Source: a virus. Taken from it: a stretch of DNA of 64,000 nucleotides. Position 1 is the stretch's first letter. The number at the start of each line of letters is the position of its first letter. Location of the stretch: the IMG/VR virus record IMGVR_UViG_3300025648_000015, positions 32,001-96,000 of that record. One strand, given 5' to 3'. A program made the position numbers and the translations under genes. The notes under the pieces are model-generated. The model had not been told where the DNA came from and did no database searches. It saw only the letters and a program-made list of their open reading frames with translations. Of the stretch, positions 1-9,774 are shown piece by piece.

Positions 1-2
1 TT

Positions 3-482
3 AAAAATGGTTCTTTAAATTGGGCTCCACATTCTTATGTTGGAGAAAACATAAATGTTCCAGAAGTTAGAAAAGTAAAGCTTATGGGTATTTCCAATGA
101 TGGTATAAACGAAATAATAGATAGTATAAGAGAACATTTTGATAATGCTTATAAAGCATACGTAGACGATTATTGTGAAAGGTATCGTACCAATACTATT
201 GGATCTGATGCATACCAAATTCTAAAGTATGAAATAGGTCATCATTATAAAGCACATACTGATTGGGATCGTGGTGAGTGGTTTGAAAAAAGAACTTTTT
301 CTTTAACACATTATCTTAACGATGATTACGAGGGTGGAGAAATTAATTATGTTGAATTTGGTTTAAAAATTAAACCAAAGAAGGGGCAATTGATTATTTT
401 CCCTGCACACTTCCCTTATGCACACCAAGTAGAACCAGTTATCAGTGGAGTGCGCTGGGCAATAACAAAATTCTACCACTAA
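3..482 (+). CDS. 2OG-Fe(II) oxygenase, prolyl-4-hydroxylase-like (5' truncated by window edge)
   Basis: HxD motif (HYKAHTD), YLNDDYEGGE, distal His (YAHQVEPV) and 2OG-binding Arg (SGVRW); reading frame is open from base 3, so the true start is upstream of the window. Confidence 0.9.
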   Translation, partial: KNGSLNWAPHSYVGENINVPEVRKVKLMGISNDGINEIIDSIREHFDNAYKAYVDDYCERYRTNTIGSDAYQILKYEIGHHYKAHTDWDRGEWFEKRTFSLTHYLNDDYEGGEINYVEFGLKIKPKKGQLIIFPAHFPYAHQVEPVISGVRWAITKFYH

Positions 483-901
483 TGATTATCCAGATTATTG
501 GGCTTCCTGGATCAGGTAAGACCGCCCTAGCAAATGGTTTAAAAGAAAAAATACCTGTAATTCATTTAAATGCTGATGAGGTTAGGGCAACAATCAATTC
601 AGATCTTGGGTTCTCAAACGATGACAGGGTTGAACAAGCACGCAGGCTTGGTGAGATGGCAAGACTTTTAGAACGCCAAGGTCATAACATAATTGTGGAT
701 TTTGTTTGCCCTACGGAAGAGGCAAGAGAGGCTTTTGGCAAACCAGACATTCTTATCTGGATGGACCGTATCAAAAAAAGCCGTTTTGAGGACACCAATA
801 CCCTTTGGCAAGACCCAATAAATTACGTTGATTTTATAATCAAAAATGGCTTAACCGTTGAACAAGAAGTAGATTGCATCATTAGTAAATACGGCCTTTA
901 G
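482..901 (+). CDS. cysC: adenylylsulfate (APS) kinase-like P-loop kinase
   Basis: IIQIIGLPGSGKT P-loop, LNADEVR..INSDLGFSNDDRVEQARR matches the CysC D(G/A)D..R..L..DLGFS..DR signature; shorter than cellular CysC. Confidence 0.85.
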   Translation: MIIQIIGLPGSGKTALANGLKEKIPVIHLNADEVRATINSDLGFSNDDRVEQARRLGEMARLLERQGHNIIVDFVCPTEEAREAFGKPDILIWMDRIKKSRFEDTNTLWQDPINYVDFIIKNGLTVEQEVDCIISKYGL

Positions 902-911
902 ATCCTTACAA

Positions 912-944
912 TGTAAGACCCTCTATAACTCAACAGAGTATATA
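912..944 (+). promoter_or_regulatory. candidate phage late promoter (weaker copy)
   Basis: TGTAAGA...AACAGAGTATATA: TGTA, AG at offset +25, T-purine at offset +31/+32, same geometry as four other copies. Confidence 0.4.
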
Positions 945-1009
945 GTAATCCCTTTCTAGCTTGCTCTTCCCCAAGAATCTAACCATCAAAGATTGCGTAA
1001 TATAGCATA

Positions 1010-3229
1010 ATGGCCAATAAAAAACCCAAGAATAATATTACTAGAGGGTACCGTTCAACCAATAATAAGGTCATTGAAGGTTGGACTGGTGGTGAGGGTG
1101 GACCACACCCGCCAGAATATAGTAGTAATTATAAGACTATTCTATTTAGTTATTTTGCCACGAACAAAAATGGTAAAGTACCAGAAGGTTGGAGAGGTGG
1201 TCAAGGTCCACATGTCCCACCACCTTATGTAGGACCTAAGAGTAGCTTTACTAGAGCATTCTATTCACCCAATACTGAAGCGTATGAGCTTGGTTGGAGA
1301 GGTGGCTATGGATTCCAAAAACACCTTGATTACTTTAAGAATGCCATCGCTTTGGCCACAATATTGGTTAATAACCAGTCAAAAATCGGTAGAATTAAAC
1401 AAGCTTCATCTACGTCTACAAATTTAGCAAAAACCTCAAAAAGTTATATCCAATTAAGATTTGCCATTGCTCTACAAACCTCAGCAATTGTTACTAGATA
1501 CATTAAGTCAAAACTTAAATCTGCAATAGTTAATTATGTTGGTGTTATAAAGAATAGCAAGCGTTTTACAGGTATTCGTCGTGCTACCGCTAATAGCATT
1601 GGTTACGCAAAAGTTACTAAAATCACAAGACATTTTAGAGTTTCTATAGTTAATCTTGTAAACTTTGCATTCGAAGGCCGCATCGATCGATTCTTTAGAA
1701 AAGCGATTGCTGCCTATACACAATCAGTAATTATTGTCAAACGATCTAGATTCACCCGTACTGCTAAGGCATTGCAAACCTATTTAGCAACTAGTTTAAA
1801 GCCATTTGATCAATATTACAGAAGTGCGATCGCTACTTCAACCAGACTAGTAAATTCTAGTAAAACTTTTAATAGGTTTAGAAAAAGCACTATAACAAGT
1901 ATAAACATAGCAAATAGCTATAAAACAATCAAACGTATAAAACAAGCATTAGCTGAATCCACGTTCTTGGTTCGTAATATAAAATCCTACAATAATTTTA
2001 AAAGAGCGTTTGCCACCAGAGTTTCGCTTATTACATCTAAAAATTCTAACATTAGAAGCAAATTAGTTACCGTTACTAGGGTATCTCTTGTAAAGAGTAG
2101 CAGGACATATAATGCCAGAGTCCGTGCTATAGCTATCAATATTGTCAAAACTATTAAAATTGGTAGGTTTATAAGAACCGGTTCAGCTAATGCTATCAAC
2201 ATAGCAAATTCTTATAGAATTAATGTTCTTTTTAAAAAAGCCATTTCTATGGTTATCAACATAGCACGAGATGGAAAGATCGATCGATTCTACCGTTATG
2301 CCATAGCTAGAACAACCAATTTGGTTACCACTACTAAACAATCTAGATTTATTAGAGTAGCTAAATCAACCCAAGTAGGCATTACCATTGCAACAAGAAT
2401 TGTCGTAGCTAGACGCCTCGCAACAGCTAACCGTGCAATGCTCGTTAAAGTCAGCAAAAACTATGGCAAGAACATAAAAGTTATATTCACAGGGTTAACC
2501 AAAAATAACAAATTATTTAGATTCACAAGAAGAGCAACGGCAGCAGTCATTAATCTTGCTACTACCAGGAAATTTTCTAGGTTCATTAGAGTTGCTAAAG
2601 TAACTGCAACTAATATTGCATTCGATGGAAAAATTGATCAATTCTATCGTTATGCGATTGCTAGAACTACAGGGCTTATTAAAACCACTAAATTATCTAG
2701 GTTCAATAGGAATGCCAACGCTAATAGAATAAACCTTGCTAGAACCAATAAACGCCGTGCTACCTATATCAAGACTCTATCCACTAATTTGAGTTTTAAT
2801 ATCAAATCCCATGCATACCGTAAAATTGCCAAGAATATTGTTATATTCATTGGTAAAGTTGTAAGTGGTGGAAAAGTTACACATAAGAATGCTTCAGTAT
2901 TGCAGAGCGTATCAGCTACTGTAACCAAGGCAAACAACCGTAAAAAATACGCCACTGCCACGGTTAGCTATGAAATTGGTACTACCAAGGGTAGAACTTA
3001 TCTTAGAAGAGCAATTGCCACAACAGTCGGATTGGTTCGCTATGGACTCAGCCTAGTAATGAATGTAAGATCTATAGAATCTGCCAAGGTTGAGCCAGTC
3101 AACGAGGTCAATTTCTATGTTACACCTAACAACCCAGACGTTGTTGGGGAGTACACATCTGAAAATGACCAGCCTGGTGACTATTCAGAGCCTGTGAATA
3201 ACCTTGGTGAAGATGTAGTACCTACTTAA
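1010..3229 (+). CDS. highly basic protein with about 29 tandem 20-aa repeats, three N-terminal GWxGG repeats and an acidic C-terminal tail; function unknown
   Basis: 739-aa ORF; repeat register e.g. FKNAIALATILVNNQSKIGR / IKQASSTSTNLAKTSKSYIQ / LRFAIALQTSAIVTRYIKSK; duplicated blocks DGKIDRFYRYAIARTT / DGKIDQFYRYAIARTT differ mostly at synonymous positions. Confidence 0.85.
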   Translation: MANKKPKNNITRGYRSTNNKVIEGWTGGEGGPHPPEYSSNYKTILFSYFATNKNGKVPEGWRGGQGPHVPPPYVGPKSSFTRAFYSPNTEAYELGWRGGYGFQKHLDYFKNAIALATILVNNQSKIGRIKQASSTSTNLAKTSKSYIQLRFAIALQTSAIVTRYIKSKLKSAIVNYVGVIKNSKRFTGIRRATANSIGYAKVTKITRHFRVSIVNLVNFAFEGRIDRFFRKAIAAYTQSVIIVKRSRFTRTAKALQTYLATSLKPFDQYYRSAIATSTRLVNSSKTFNRFRKSTITSINIANSYKTIKRIKQALAESTFLVRNIKSYNNFKRAFATRVSLITSKNSNIRSKLVTVTRVSLVKSSRTYNARVRAIAINIVKTIKIGRFIRTGSANAINIANSYRINVLFKKAISMVINIARDGKIDRFYRYAIARTTNLVTTTKQSRFIRVAKSTQVGITIATRIVVARRLATANRAMLVKVSKNYGKNIKVIFTGLTKNNKLFRFTRRATAAVINLATTRKFSRFIRVAKVTATNIAFDGKIDQFYRYAIARTTGLIKTTKLSRFNRNANANRINLARTNKRRATYIKTLSTNLSFNIKSHAYRKIAKNIVIFIGKVVSGGKVTHKNASVLQSVSATVTKANNRKKYATATVSYEIGTTKGRTYLRRAIATTVGLVRYGLSLVMNVRSIESAKVEPVNEVNFYVTPNNPDVVGEYTSENDQPGDYSEPVNNLGEDVVPT

Positions 3230-3246
3230 AAACACCATAGATTATA
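3214..3246 (+). promoter_or_regulatory. candidate phage late promoter
   Basis: TGTAGTA-N13-ACCATAGATTATA upstream of 3264 ORF. Confidence 0.5.
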
Positions 3247-3263
3247 GGATAATTGAGGAAAAT

Positions 3264-3443
3264 ATGTTAACTTTTGCAGTTCTTGATGCTAATAACATAG
3301 TGGAGAACATCATAGTAGCCGATTCCCTTGAGACAGCAGAATCTGTTACTAGAACAACTTGTATCCAATATGACGAAACAAACCCAGCATATATTGGCTG
3401 GCAATATAACGGAACTACTTTTGTAGATCCAAATGCACAATAA
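3264..3443 (+). CDS. 59-aa small protein of the type found beside phage tail-fibre genes (not in ORF track)
   Basis: GAGGA SD then MLTFAVLDANNIVENIIVADSLETAESVTRTTCIQYDETNPAYIGWQYNGTTFVDPNAQ; V.NII ... IGW.Y.G..F..P pattern is typical of fibre-associated small proteins. Confidence 0.75.
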   Translation: MLTFAVLDANNIVENIIVADSLETAESVTRTTCIQYDETNPAYIGWQYNGTTFVDPNAQ

Positions 3444-3457
3444 GATAAGGAAAAATA

Positions 3458-3949
3458 ATGACTGACGTAAGACAAACAATTGTTGACTGGGCTAAGTGGT
3501 GCGCTGCTAATCACGACAAATTCACATACTCAGAAGGACCACAACGCATGTCCAGCATTGGACACCCAGGCAAACTGCCAGTTATCGCTGACTGCTCAGC
3601 CTTTGTGACATTGATGTACAACTGGGCTGGCGCTCCTGACCCAAATGCTCAGAGCTACAACCACACCGGCTACACCGGCACACTGCTTTCACATGGGACT
3701 AAGATTGCCCTCAAGGATGTTCTGCCAGGCGATGTAATTGTCTATGGCCCAGGAACCGGTTGGCACACAGCACTTGTAGTTGACGTTACCGGCGCTAACG
3801 CAAAGAACCCCCTCACGGTGTCCCATGGACAGGCCGGAGATCCGAGTTATTGCCACGTCAATCAAGATGGTCGTTTGCCACAAACCTACCTACGCTTCAA
3901 CACTTCTGCAATTAACGCTCAGTCAATCCACACACCACCTGCAAAGTAG
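3458..3949 (+). CDS. NlpC/P60 (papain-like) cell-wall peptidase, possible endolysin
   Basis: ADCSAFV catalytic Cys, GYTGTL, LPGDVIVYG, HTALVV catalytic His. Confidence 0.85.
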   Translation: MTDVRQTIVDWAKWCAANHDKFTYSEGPQRMSSIGHPGKLPVIADCSAFVTLMYNWAGAPDPNAQSYNHTGYTGTLLSHGTKIALKDVLPGDVIVYGPGTGWHTALVVDVTGANAKNPLTVSHGQAGDPSYCHVNQDGRLPQTYLRFNTSAINAQSIHTPPAK

Positions 3950-3954
3950 GATAA

Positions 3955-4701
3955 ATGGCACGTTATCGTCAAGACTTTGTTTATGGTGTGGCATCGGGTG
4001 TTCTTGCTAGTTCTGCACAAACTACTATTACCGGTACCAACTGGCCAACCACTATCCCAAGTGGTTCATACATGCCTATTGTGCTTAACCCAGGTTACTA
4101 TGGTGCTAGTGGTTCACCAGAAATTGTTTATATAACATCTGCTACAAGCACTGTTGCTACGGTAGTTAGAAACCAAGAAGGCACATCACCTACTAGCACG
4201 CCTAGCGGTGGAGTAACTCCATGGATTGCTGGACCACTTATTACTGATTTTGGTGTTGTTAACCAAATCGCCAATGGTGATTTCCCATCGCCGACTGCAA
4301 GTGGACAATTCTTTGTTTCAAGCGCATCAGGAAGCAATTCACCTTATTGGTCAAACGTTATCCCTGCTGGTGTAATTCAATATGTATATGATAGTAATGG
4401 TGGATCAGCTACATACATTGCAAACACCACAGACATTAATAACATTGTACAAATTAGTGGTAACTGCGTAATTCAATTACCTTCTGGTGGTATTACTTAT
4501 GGTCAACAGATCACGTTCATTCAACTTACTAGTGGCACCGTAACAGCATTCTCCGGTGGTGCAACCCTTATTTCTACGGGTGCTTTGAACGGTGGCGCCA
4601 ACCCACAACTTAGAGCACAATATAGTGCTGCTACTGCTATCTACTTGGGTACCACAATGAGTGCAAGCCCAACATGGATCATCACTGGAGACGTAATCTA
4701 A
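3955..4701 (+). CDS. virion structural / fibre-associated protein, Ser-Gly rich
   Basis: EIVYITS...TVVRNQEGT N-domain and C-terminal LRAQYSAAT...WIITGD domain typical of phage fibre proteins. Confidence 0.65.
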   Translation: MARYRQDFVYGVASGVLASSAQTTITGTNWPTTIPSGSYMPIVLNPGYYGASGSPEIVYITSATSTVATVVRNQEGTSPTSTPSGGVTPWIAGPLITDFGVVNQIANGDFPSPTASGQFFVSSASGSNSPYWSNVIPAGVIQYVYDSNGGSATYIANTTDINNIVQISGNCVIQLPSGGITYGQQITFIQLTSGTVTAFSGGATLISTGALNGGANPQLRAQYSAATAIYLGTTMSASPTWIITGDVI

Positions 4702-4703
4702 CA

Positions 4704-6959
4704 ATGCCTATCATCTTCGGTGTTATTGCTTCGGAGGAGTCTGGCCACTTACAGCCACAACCTCCATTTATCGATACCACCTCAGGTGCCGTAGTTATTT
4801 CAGGCGGAACAACTTCTGGTAGTAGTTCCACAGTCCAAGTCTATTTTACACCAAACCCTTATGGTCAAAGAGCAACTAATTATGCTATTACTGCTTTTAG
4901 TGGATCACCAATCGTTGCAGTTACCGGTACGACTGTTACCGGCACTACAAGCCCAATAACAATTACTTACCCATTTGCTCCTAATGGCCTTTATGAATTT
5001 AAAGGTTATGCACTTAATGCCAAAGGTGCTAGTTCTTATGGCAATCAGAGTAATCAAGTAGAACCTTTTGTTGCTACAGCTACGCCGTCTGGTTTATCTG
5101 TAAACACTTTATCTACATCTGGAGTACAATTCACATTCCTACCAGTATCTGGTTCTACAAGTTATTTGCTTTCTGCATATGGTTCGTACACAGACCCTAA
5201 TACACAAATAACAACTACCGATAGTGCTTCATTCACTCTTTCAGGGTCAGCAATGACATATCCAACGGTTACTGGTATTCTTAACCATGGTTATTTTGTA
5301 GGTATGACCTACGAATTTTATGTCCAATCACAAAACTTCGCTGGTACAAGTGCTAGTGGAGCAAACATACCTTTAACACCAAACCCATTTGGCTCACCAA
5401 AGGTGCCAGTATTTACTGCTACATTATCTGGATCTGTTAATGCTGGTATCAACATTGTTGTAACACCAGACACCAATACATTAGACAATTTGCCTACGGG
5501 TTACAATTATGCTGATAGCACTGGTGGTTTTAACAATAGCGTAAGTTATTCTGGAACAACATGGACATTGATCAATTCATCTAATCCAATTCTTCCAGTT
5601 AGTACAGTCAACGTTACTGCTAAAGCAAGATCACCATACCCAGATACTCCAGGTACCCCAGTGGTGTTTAAATTCCCACCACAGGCTTCTCCATCCGTTA
5701 TTTCAACAGTTACCGCATCTGGATCTGGATTTAATTCTTCAACTGCCAATGCAACAATTACAGTTAACTGGACACAACCAACTTTTAATACGCAATACAG
5801 TCAACCAACTAACTATAACGTAGTTCTTTCTGGTACAAATGGTGATGTTTATTCTGGTACAACTTCTTATGGCCTTAATAGCCTTGCTTTTAATAATAAC
5901 TATTATGTAAATACAAATTTCACTGCTACTGTTGTAGCTACTAACTCTGGTGGTAAAAGTCCTGTTGCAACTGCAGGCAGTGCTGTTCAACCTTACATAG
6001 TTGCTGTTCCAGGCGCTGTAACTGGAGTGACAGGCGGAGCAGCTGGAACCGCAGAGTTCGATTACCAATGGACTCCTCCAACCAGTGGTGGTCCATATTC
6101 AAATATACTTCTATACACTTCACCAGCAACTACTACTCAAACAGTACCTTCTGGTACAAGCCAAGCTTACTTTACTTATAATTTTGCACAAGGAACATCC
6201 TACACATTCTATGCTGCTCCATATAATGGAGCTGGTTACTCAGCACCAGTATCTTCAGTGACTGCAACACCTTATCCAGGCTTTGTACCAATAACAGTTT
6301 ACACTATTGGAGCTGGTGGTGGAGGTGGATGGTACACCGGAGGTGCTGCAGGAAACTTAGTTAATGGTGGATCAGCACAAGCAACAAAAGGACAAACTAT
6401 ATCATGCGTTATAGGAGCAGGTGGTAGTGCAACTGCTGTTTCAACTGCTACTGCTGGAACCGGTGGTAATAGTGGTGCAACTGATTACGGAGTTACTGTA
6501 TCCGTAATTGGCTTCGGTGGTAACGGTGGAGGACCTGGAACCACTAGCAATAGAGGAACTGGTGGTAGTAACAACTCATGGTCTGGTGGAACAGGTGTTG
6601 CTGGTGCTGGTGGTGGTGGTGCAGGATCTAATGGCAATGGTAGCGCAGGAGCTGGTACCACTGGTGGTAATGGTGGACCATCTACCCCTATTGGACCATT
6701 TGGAACTATGGGACCATATAACGTCGGTGGTGGTGGTGGTGGTCGAGGTACAGTTACTCAAGGTAATACTCCATCACAATATCTACCAGGAACTGGTGGT
6801 TTCTCAGAAAACGTTGGACAATCTGGTTATGTAGCCATACGATGGGCAATTGCTGATTACCCAGGCACTCCAACCATCGTAGGAAGCCACGCACAGTCTA
6901 CTGATGGAGTATACAACTATGCAGAATGGACCAGCACTGGTTCAATTACTTTTAACTAA
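4704..6959 (+). CDS. tail fibre / adhesin with fibronectin type III-like repeats and C-terminal glycine-rich domain
   Basis: FN3-like motifs (VNWTQP, YQWTPPTSGGP, YTFYAAPYNGAGYS, VVATNSGGKS) then IGAGGGGG...GGGGGG domain; ATG at 4704 just after upstream stop preferred over 4674. Confidence 0.75.
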   Translation: MPIIFGVIASEESGHLQPQPPFIDTTSGAVVISGGTTSGSSSTVQVYFTPNPYGQRATNYAITAFSGSPIVAVTGTTVTGTTSPITITYPFAPNGLYEFKGYALNAKGASSYGNQSNQVEPFVATATPSGLSVNTLSTSGVQFTFLPVSGSTSYLLSAYGSYTDPNTQITTTDSASFTLSGSAMTYPTVTGILNHGYFVGMTYEFYVQSQNFAGTSASGANIPLTPNPFGSPKVPVFTATLSGSVNAGINIVVTPDTNTLDNLPTGYNYADSTGGFNNSVSYSGTTWTLINSSNPILPVSTVNVTAKARSPYPDTPGTPVVFKFPPQASPSVISTVTASGSGFNSSTANATITVNWTQPTFNTQYSQPTNYNVVLSGTNGDVYSGTTSYGLNSLAFNNNYYVNTNFTATVVATNSGGKSPVATAGSAVQPYIVAVPGAVTGVTGGAAGTAEFDYQWTPPTSGGPYSNILLYTSPATTTQTVPSGTSQAYFTYNFAQGTSYTFYAAPYNGAGYSAPVSSVTATPYPGFVPITVYTIGAGGGGGWYTGGAAGNLVNGGSAQATKGQTISCVIGAGGSATAVSTATAGTGGNSGATDYGVTVSVIGFGGNGGGPGTTSNRGTGGSNNSWSGGTGVAGAGGGGAGSNGNGSAGAGTTGGNGGPSTPIGPFGTMGPYNVGGGGGGRGTVTQGNTPSQYLPGTGGFSENVGQSGYVAIRWAIADYPGTPTIVGSHAQSTDGVYNYAEWTSTGSITFN

Positions 6960-6967
6960 GGAAAAAT

Positions 6968-7834
6968 ATGAGAGTACGCCCCTTTCCACAATATGCAGTA
7001 GAGCCAGTAGGCATTATGACCTACTCACAAGGTGTTCTTACTGACCCTGACAATCAAAACGTTACGCTTAGCATTGTCAATTCTGATAACGGTACGGTTA
7101 TTGTTCCTGCAGGAACTACTGCTACATACGAAAGCACAGGAACTTACCAATATACGTTGACTGCTAATCAATCATCAATCCAAGGCAATTACAATGTTAC
7201 TTGGAATTACACAATTAGTGGATCACCAAGAGTATATACAGATAGTATTGTTATTACTGATCAGATGCCATATTGGAGCAACCTTAGCTACGATGAACGT
7301 CAAATGGTTACTGGGATTGTTCATAGGTTAGACAAGAGTTTTGACTCCACTGCTGGCGGACCTTACTTACAAGAACTTAATCAAAGTGGTTTTATCATGT
7401 ATGAAGAAGTTGCAATGATCATGCAAGATGAAGCAATTGACTACATTAACTACGAGTTTCAACCTATCTTTAGCCCAGCTTATGAAATTGGTTTAAATGC
7501 TCAAGTCCCATTCCCAAGCACTTATTACGGTGTACTAGCTAGCCAGACTTATGCTCACTTCTTAAAGCACATTGCTCGTAACTATATTGAACAACCTTCA
7601 CCACAAGGTATGAACGCTGCTTGGATGGATCGTAGAGATTACTACCAGAGATGGTGGCAATTGTACTTATTTGATAAAGAAATTGCTGACAAGCAACTAC
7701 GTCAAATGAAGCGTCAGTTCATGGTTGGTTCACGCAGAAGTCTCTTGGTTGCTGGTGGTCTTATCCCACGAATGTTTGTCAACCCAGCACGTCCTCACTT
7801 CCAATACGCTGCAGCTAACATGGGTGGAGCATAA
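6968..7834 (+). CDS. putative head-tail adaptor/neck protein with N-terminal Ig-like (BppU-like) domain
   Basis: position at start of neck-tail block; TGTYQY...GNYNVTWNY beta domain then helical domain. Confidence 0.5.
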   Translation: MRVRPFPQYAVEPVGIMTYSQGVLTDPDNQNVTLSIVNSDNGTVIVPAGTTATYESTGTYQYTLTANQSSIQGNYNVTWNYTISGSPRVYTDSIVITDQMPYWSNLSYDERQMVTGIVHRLDKSFDSTAGGPYLQELNQSGFIMYEEVAMIMQDEAIDYINYEFQPIFSPAYEIGLNAQVPFPSTYYGVLASQTYAHFLKHIARNYIEQPSPQGMNAAWMDRRDYYQRWWQLYLFDKEIADKQLRQMKRQFMVGSRRSLLVAGGLIPRMFVNPARPHFQYAAANMGGA

Positions 7835-7837
7835 TAA

Positions 7838-8524
7838 ATGTCTGGTATTGATCCACAGCCAGGGCCGGTTGTACCCGGTGCCGGTGGACTATCCACCCAG
7901 CAAGAAAGCCCTCTTCTCGTTGTAAAACAACGTGAAATATGGGCTCAGACTGACCAGCAACGTTTCCACGATGAAGCTTTGCAATGGTATGGAGAAGAAG
8001 TTATTGTACGTCAACTTTGGCGTGCAGAAGATGCTGCTCTTGGACTTGTAGGATACTGTCAACAATGCCAAGATAGCCCAAACCCATCACAACCTAATGC
8101 TGCTGTCCAATCACGAGTTAGCAAAGTATACCGTCAAACGGGTAATAGTTACTGTGGGACTTGTTATGGAACAACATTCAGTGGTGGATTTAAACCAACT
8201 TGTTATCACTTATATATGCTAGCTGCTGACACACCTCAAATTCGTATGAATCTAAGCACTGGTCAATTTTGGAAAGATAATCCAACTGTTCAGTTCAGCT
8301 GGTATCCAGAAATTAGAACTGGTGACTTAGTTGTTCGTGTAAACGAATGGTACGAAGAAACGCCAACATCGCTTGGAGATAGATTTCAAGTTAGTGCCGT
8401 AAGCCCACAAAGCATCCGCACTGGCCCAGGAACAAGTTATAGCCCAAGTGTTTATGTTAACCAAACTTGTACTTTAGAAAACGTATTCCCAAGTGCTCCA
8501 TACTACAATGTACCGGTGATTTAA
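7838..8524 (+). CDS. putative head closure / neck protein with Zn-binding motif
   Basis: CQQC...CGTCYGTTFSGGF motif seen in myovirus neck proteins; gene order. Confidence 0.55.
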   Translation: MSGIDPQPGPVVPGAGGLSTQQESPLLVVKQREIWAQTDQQRFHDEALQWYGEEVIVRQLWRAEDAALGLVGYCQQCQDSPNPSQPNAAVQSRVSKVYRQTGNSYCGTCYGTTFSGGFKPTCYHLYMLAADTPQIRMNLSTGQFWKDNPTVQFSWYPEIRTGDLVVRVNEWYEETPTSLGDRFQVSAVSPQSIRTGPGTSYSPSVYVNQTCTLENVFPSAPYYNVPVI

Positions 8525-9045
8525 TGTACGAAGGAATAGCAGCACCAGATGCATTGACACAACGTTTAGCTAGACGTGCAGTCGAGATTGCTCAAGTCAT
8601 TGGACCACGTAAAAGTGGTAAAGCACTAAACAGTTTGATCCCTTTTTATCAAACTGGTGTAATAGGTATTGAAGTTCCTGATGAAGTAGCTTATCTAATG
8701 GATCTAGACCAAGGTATTAAAGCTCACGCAATGGTTGATTTATCAGGAAGAGTTATACCAATTAGGAACACAGACGGAACTATTTCTTTTAGACGAGCTG
8801 GCGCTAACCAAATTGGCAATATCCCTATTATTACTAGATTAGCTAAAGATGGAAGAATTAAAGAAAGCAAGCCTGAATGGGTATATCCTAAGAAGCCTGC
8901 ATTGAAGGTATTAGAAAATTCATTAAACGCAAGCGTTGAAGAATGGAAAAGAACTGTTACTTCTAAAGAAGTATTAAATCTTTTGATGCAGACTGATGCA
9001 AAAGACGATTTAGGAGAAATCTTTTACGGAAAGAATATGATATAA
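8524..9045 (+). CDS. putative neck/tail completion protein
   Basis: P.KSG.A..S motif reminiscent of HK97 gp10-like proteins; TAATG overlap gives start 8524; gene order. Confidence 0.45.
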   Translation: MYEGIAAPDALTQRLARRAVEIAQVIGPRKSGKALNSLIPFYQTGVIGIEVPDEVAYLMDLDQGIKAHAMVDLSGRVIPIRNTDGTISFRRAGANQIGNIPIITRLAKDGRIKESKPEWVYPKKPALKVLENSLNASVEEWKRTVTSKEVLNLLMQTDAKDDLGEIFYGKNMI

Positions 9046-9046
9046 A

Positions 9047-9709
9047 ATGTTTACTACAGCCGTAAAAACCGCAATCGTTGAAGCACTTCAAGCCGGGTTC
9101 TCAGCTCTAGCATCTGCTCCAATTGATACTAGCCTCGATCTGGTTCCAAACAGCGTAACAATTGAGTATCCACTCGAACTAGTTGCATGGCCAGCAGTCT
9201 TTGTGCAGTTCAGACCAAGTAAAATTCAATGGTCAGGTCTTAACCCAGACATTTATACAGCTGCTTCAGGCGGTATAGTTATTAGTGGTACAACTTATTC
9301 TGGAACTCAAAGTTCAAGAACAGGCTACTTTGAAGGTAGCATAGATTTACAAATTATGGCTATGCACAGCGAAGAGCGAGACCGCCTATACGATAGCGTT
9401 GCTAATTTGATCCTTATGGGTCAGGGTAGCCCAGCTAGCACAGCGTTTTTTAATAGCATTGTTAACAACAATTTGCTGGGTATGACCTTACTTTTGGATA
9501 CTTTTACCCCATTAGGTGACAGCGTTAGCGTTGGGACCCCATGGAGTCCAGAAGAATTGACTTATGAGGCTAGCATAAGAGTCCAATGTATAGGTGACTT
9601 TTATGAGAATAAGTACAACTACGTACTACCTGAATTCACAATTGTTACCGCTAGCGGAACTATGGTTGCTAACCCTTATTCTACACCAAATGAAACAAAT
9701 ACCTTATAA
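9047..9709 (+). CDS. putative tail terminator
   Basis: immediately upstream of sheath; EYP...WPAVFV, IDLQIMA...ERDRLYD pattern. Confidence 0.55.
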   Translation: MFTTAVKTAIVEALQAGFSALASAPIDTSLDLVPNSVTIEYPLELVAWPAVFVQFRPSKIQWSGLNPDIYTAASGGIVISGTTYSGTQSSRTGYFEGSIDLQIMAMHSEERDRLYDSVANLILMGQGSPASTAFFNSIVNNNLLGMTLLLDTFTPLGDSVSVGTPWSPEELTYEASIRVQCIGDFYENKYNYVLPEFTIVTASGTMVANPYSTPNETNTL

Positions 9710-9730
9710 TAAAACTGGTAAAAGAAATAC

Positions 9731-9763
9731 TGTAAAACAATCGCGATTATGCATAAGGCATTG
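9731..9763 (+). promoter_or_regulatory. candidate phage late promoter for sheath operon
   Basis: TGTAAAA-N13-GCATAAGGCATTG followed by AAGGAG SD. Confidence 0.6.
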
Positions 9764-9774
9764 AAGGAGAATGT

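Noticed and set aside
4704-6959. Diversity-generating retroelement target in the fibre gene; GGT runs as a DNA repeat
   Set aside because: No reverse transcriptase or TR/VR pair seen; GGT runs simply encode the glycine-rich domain
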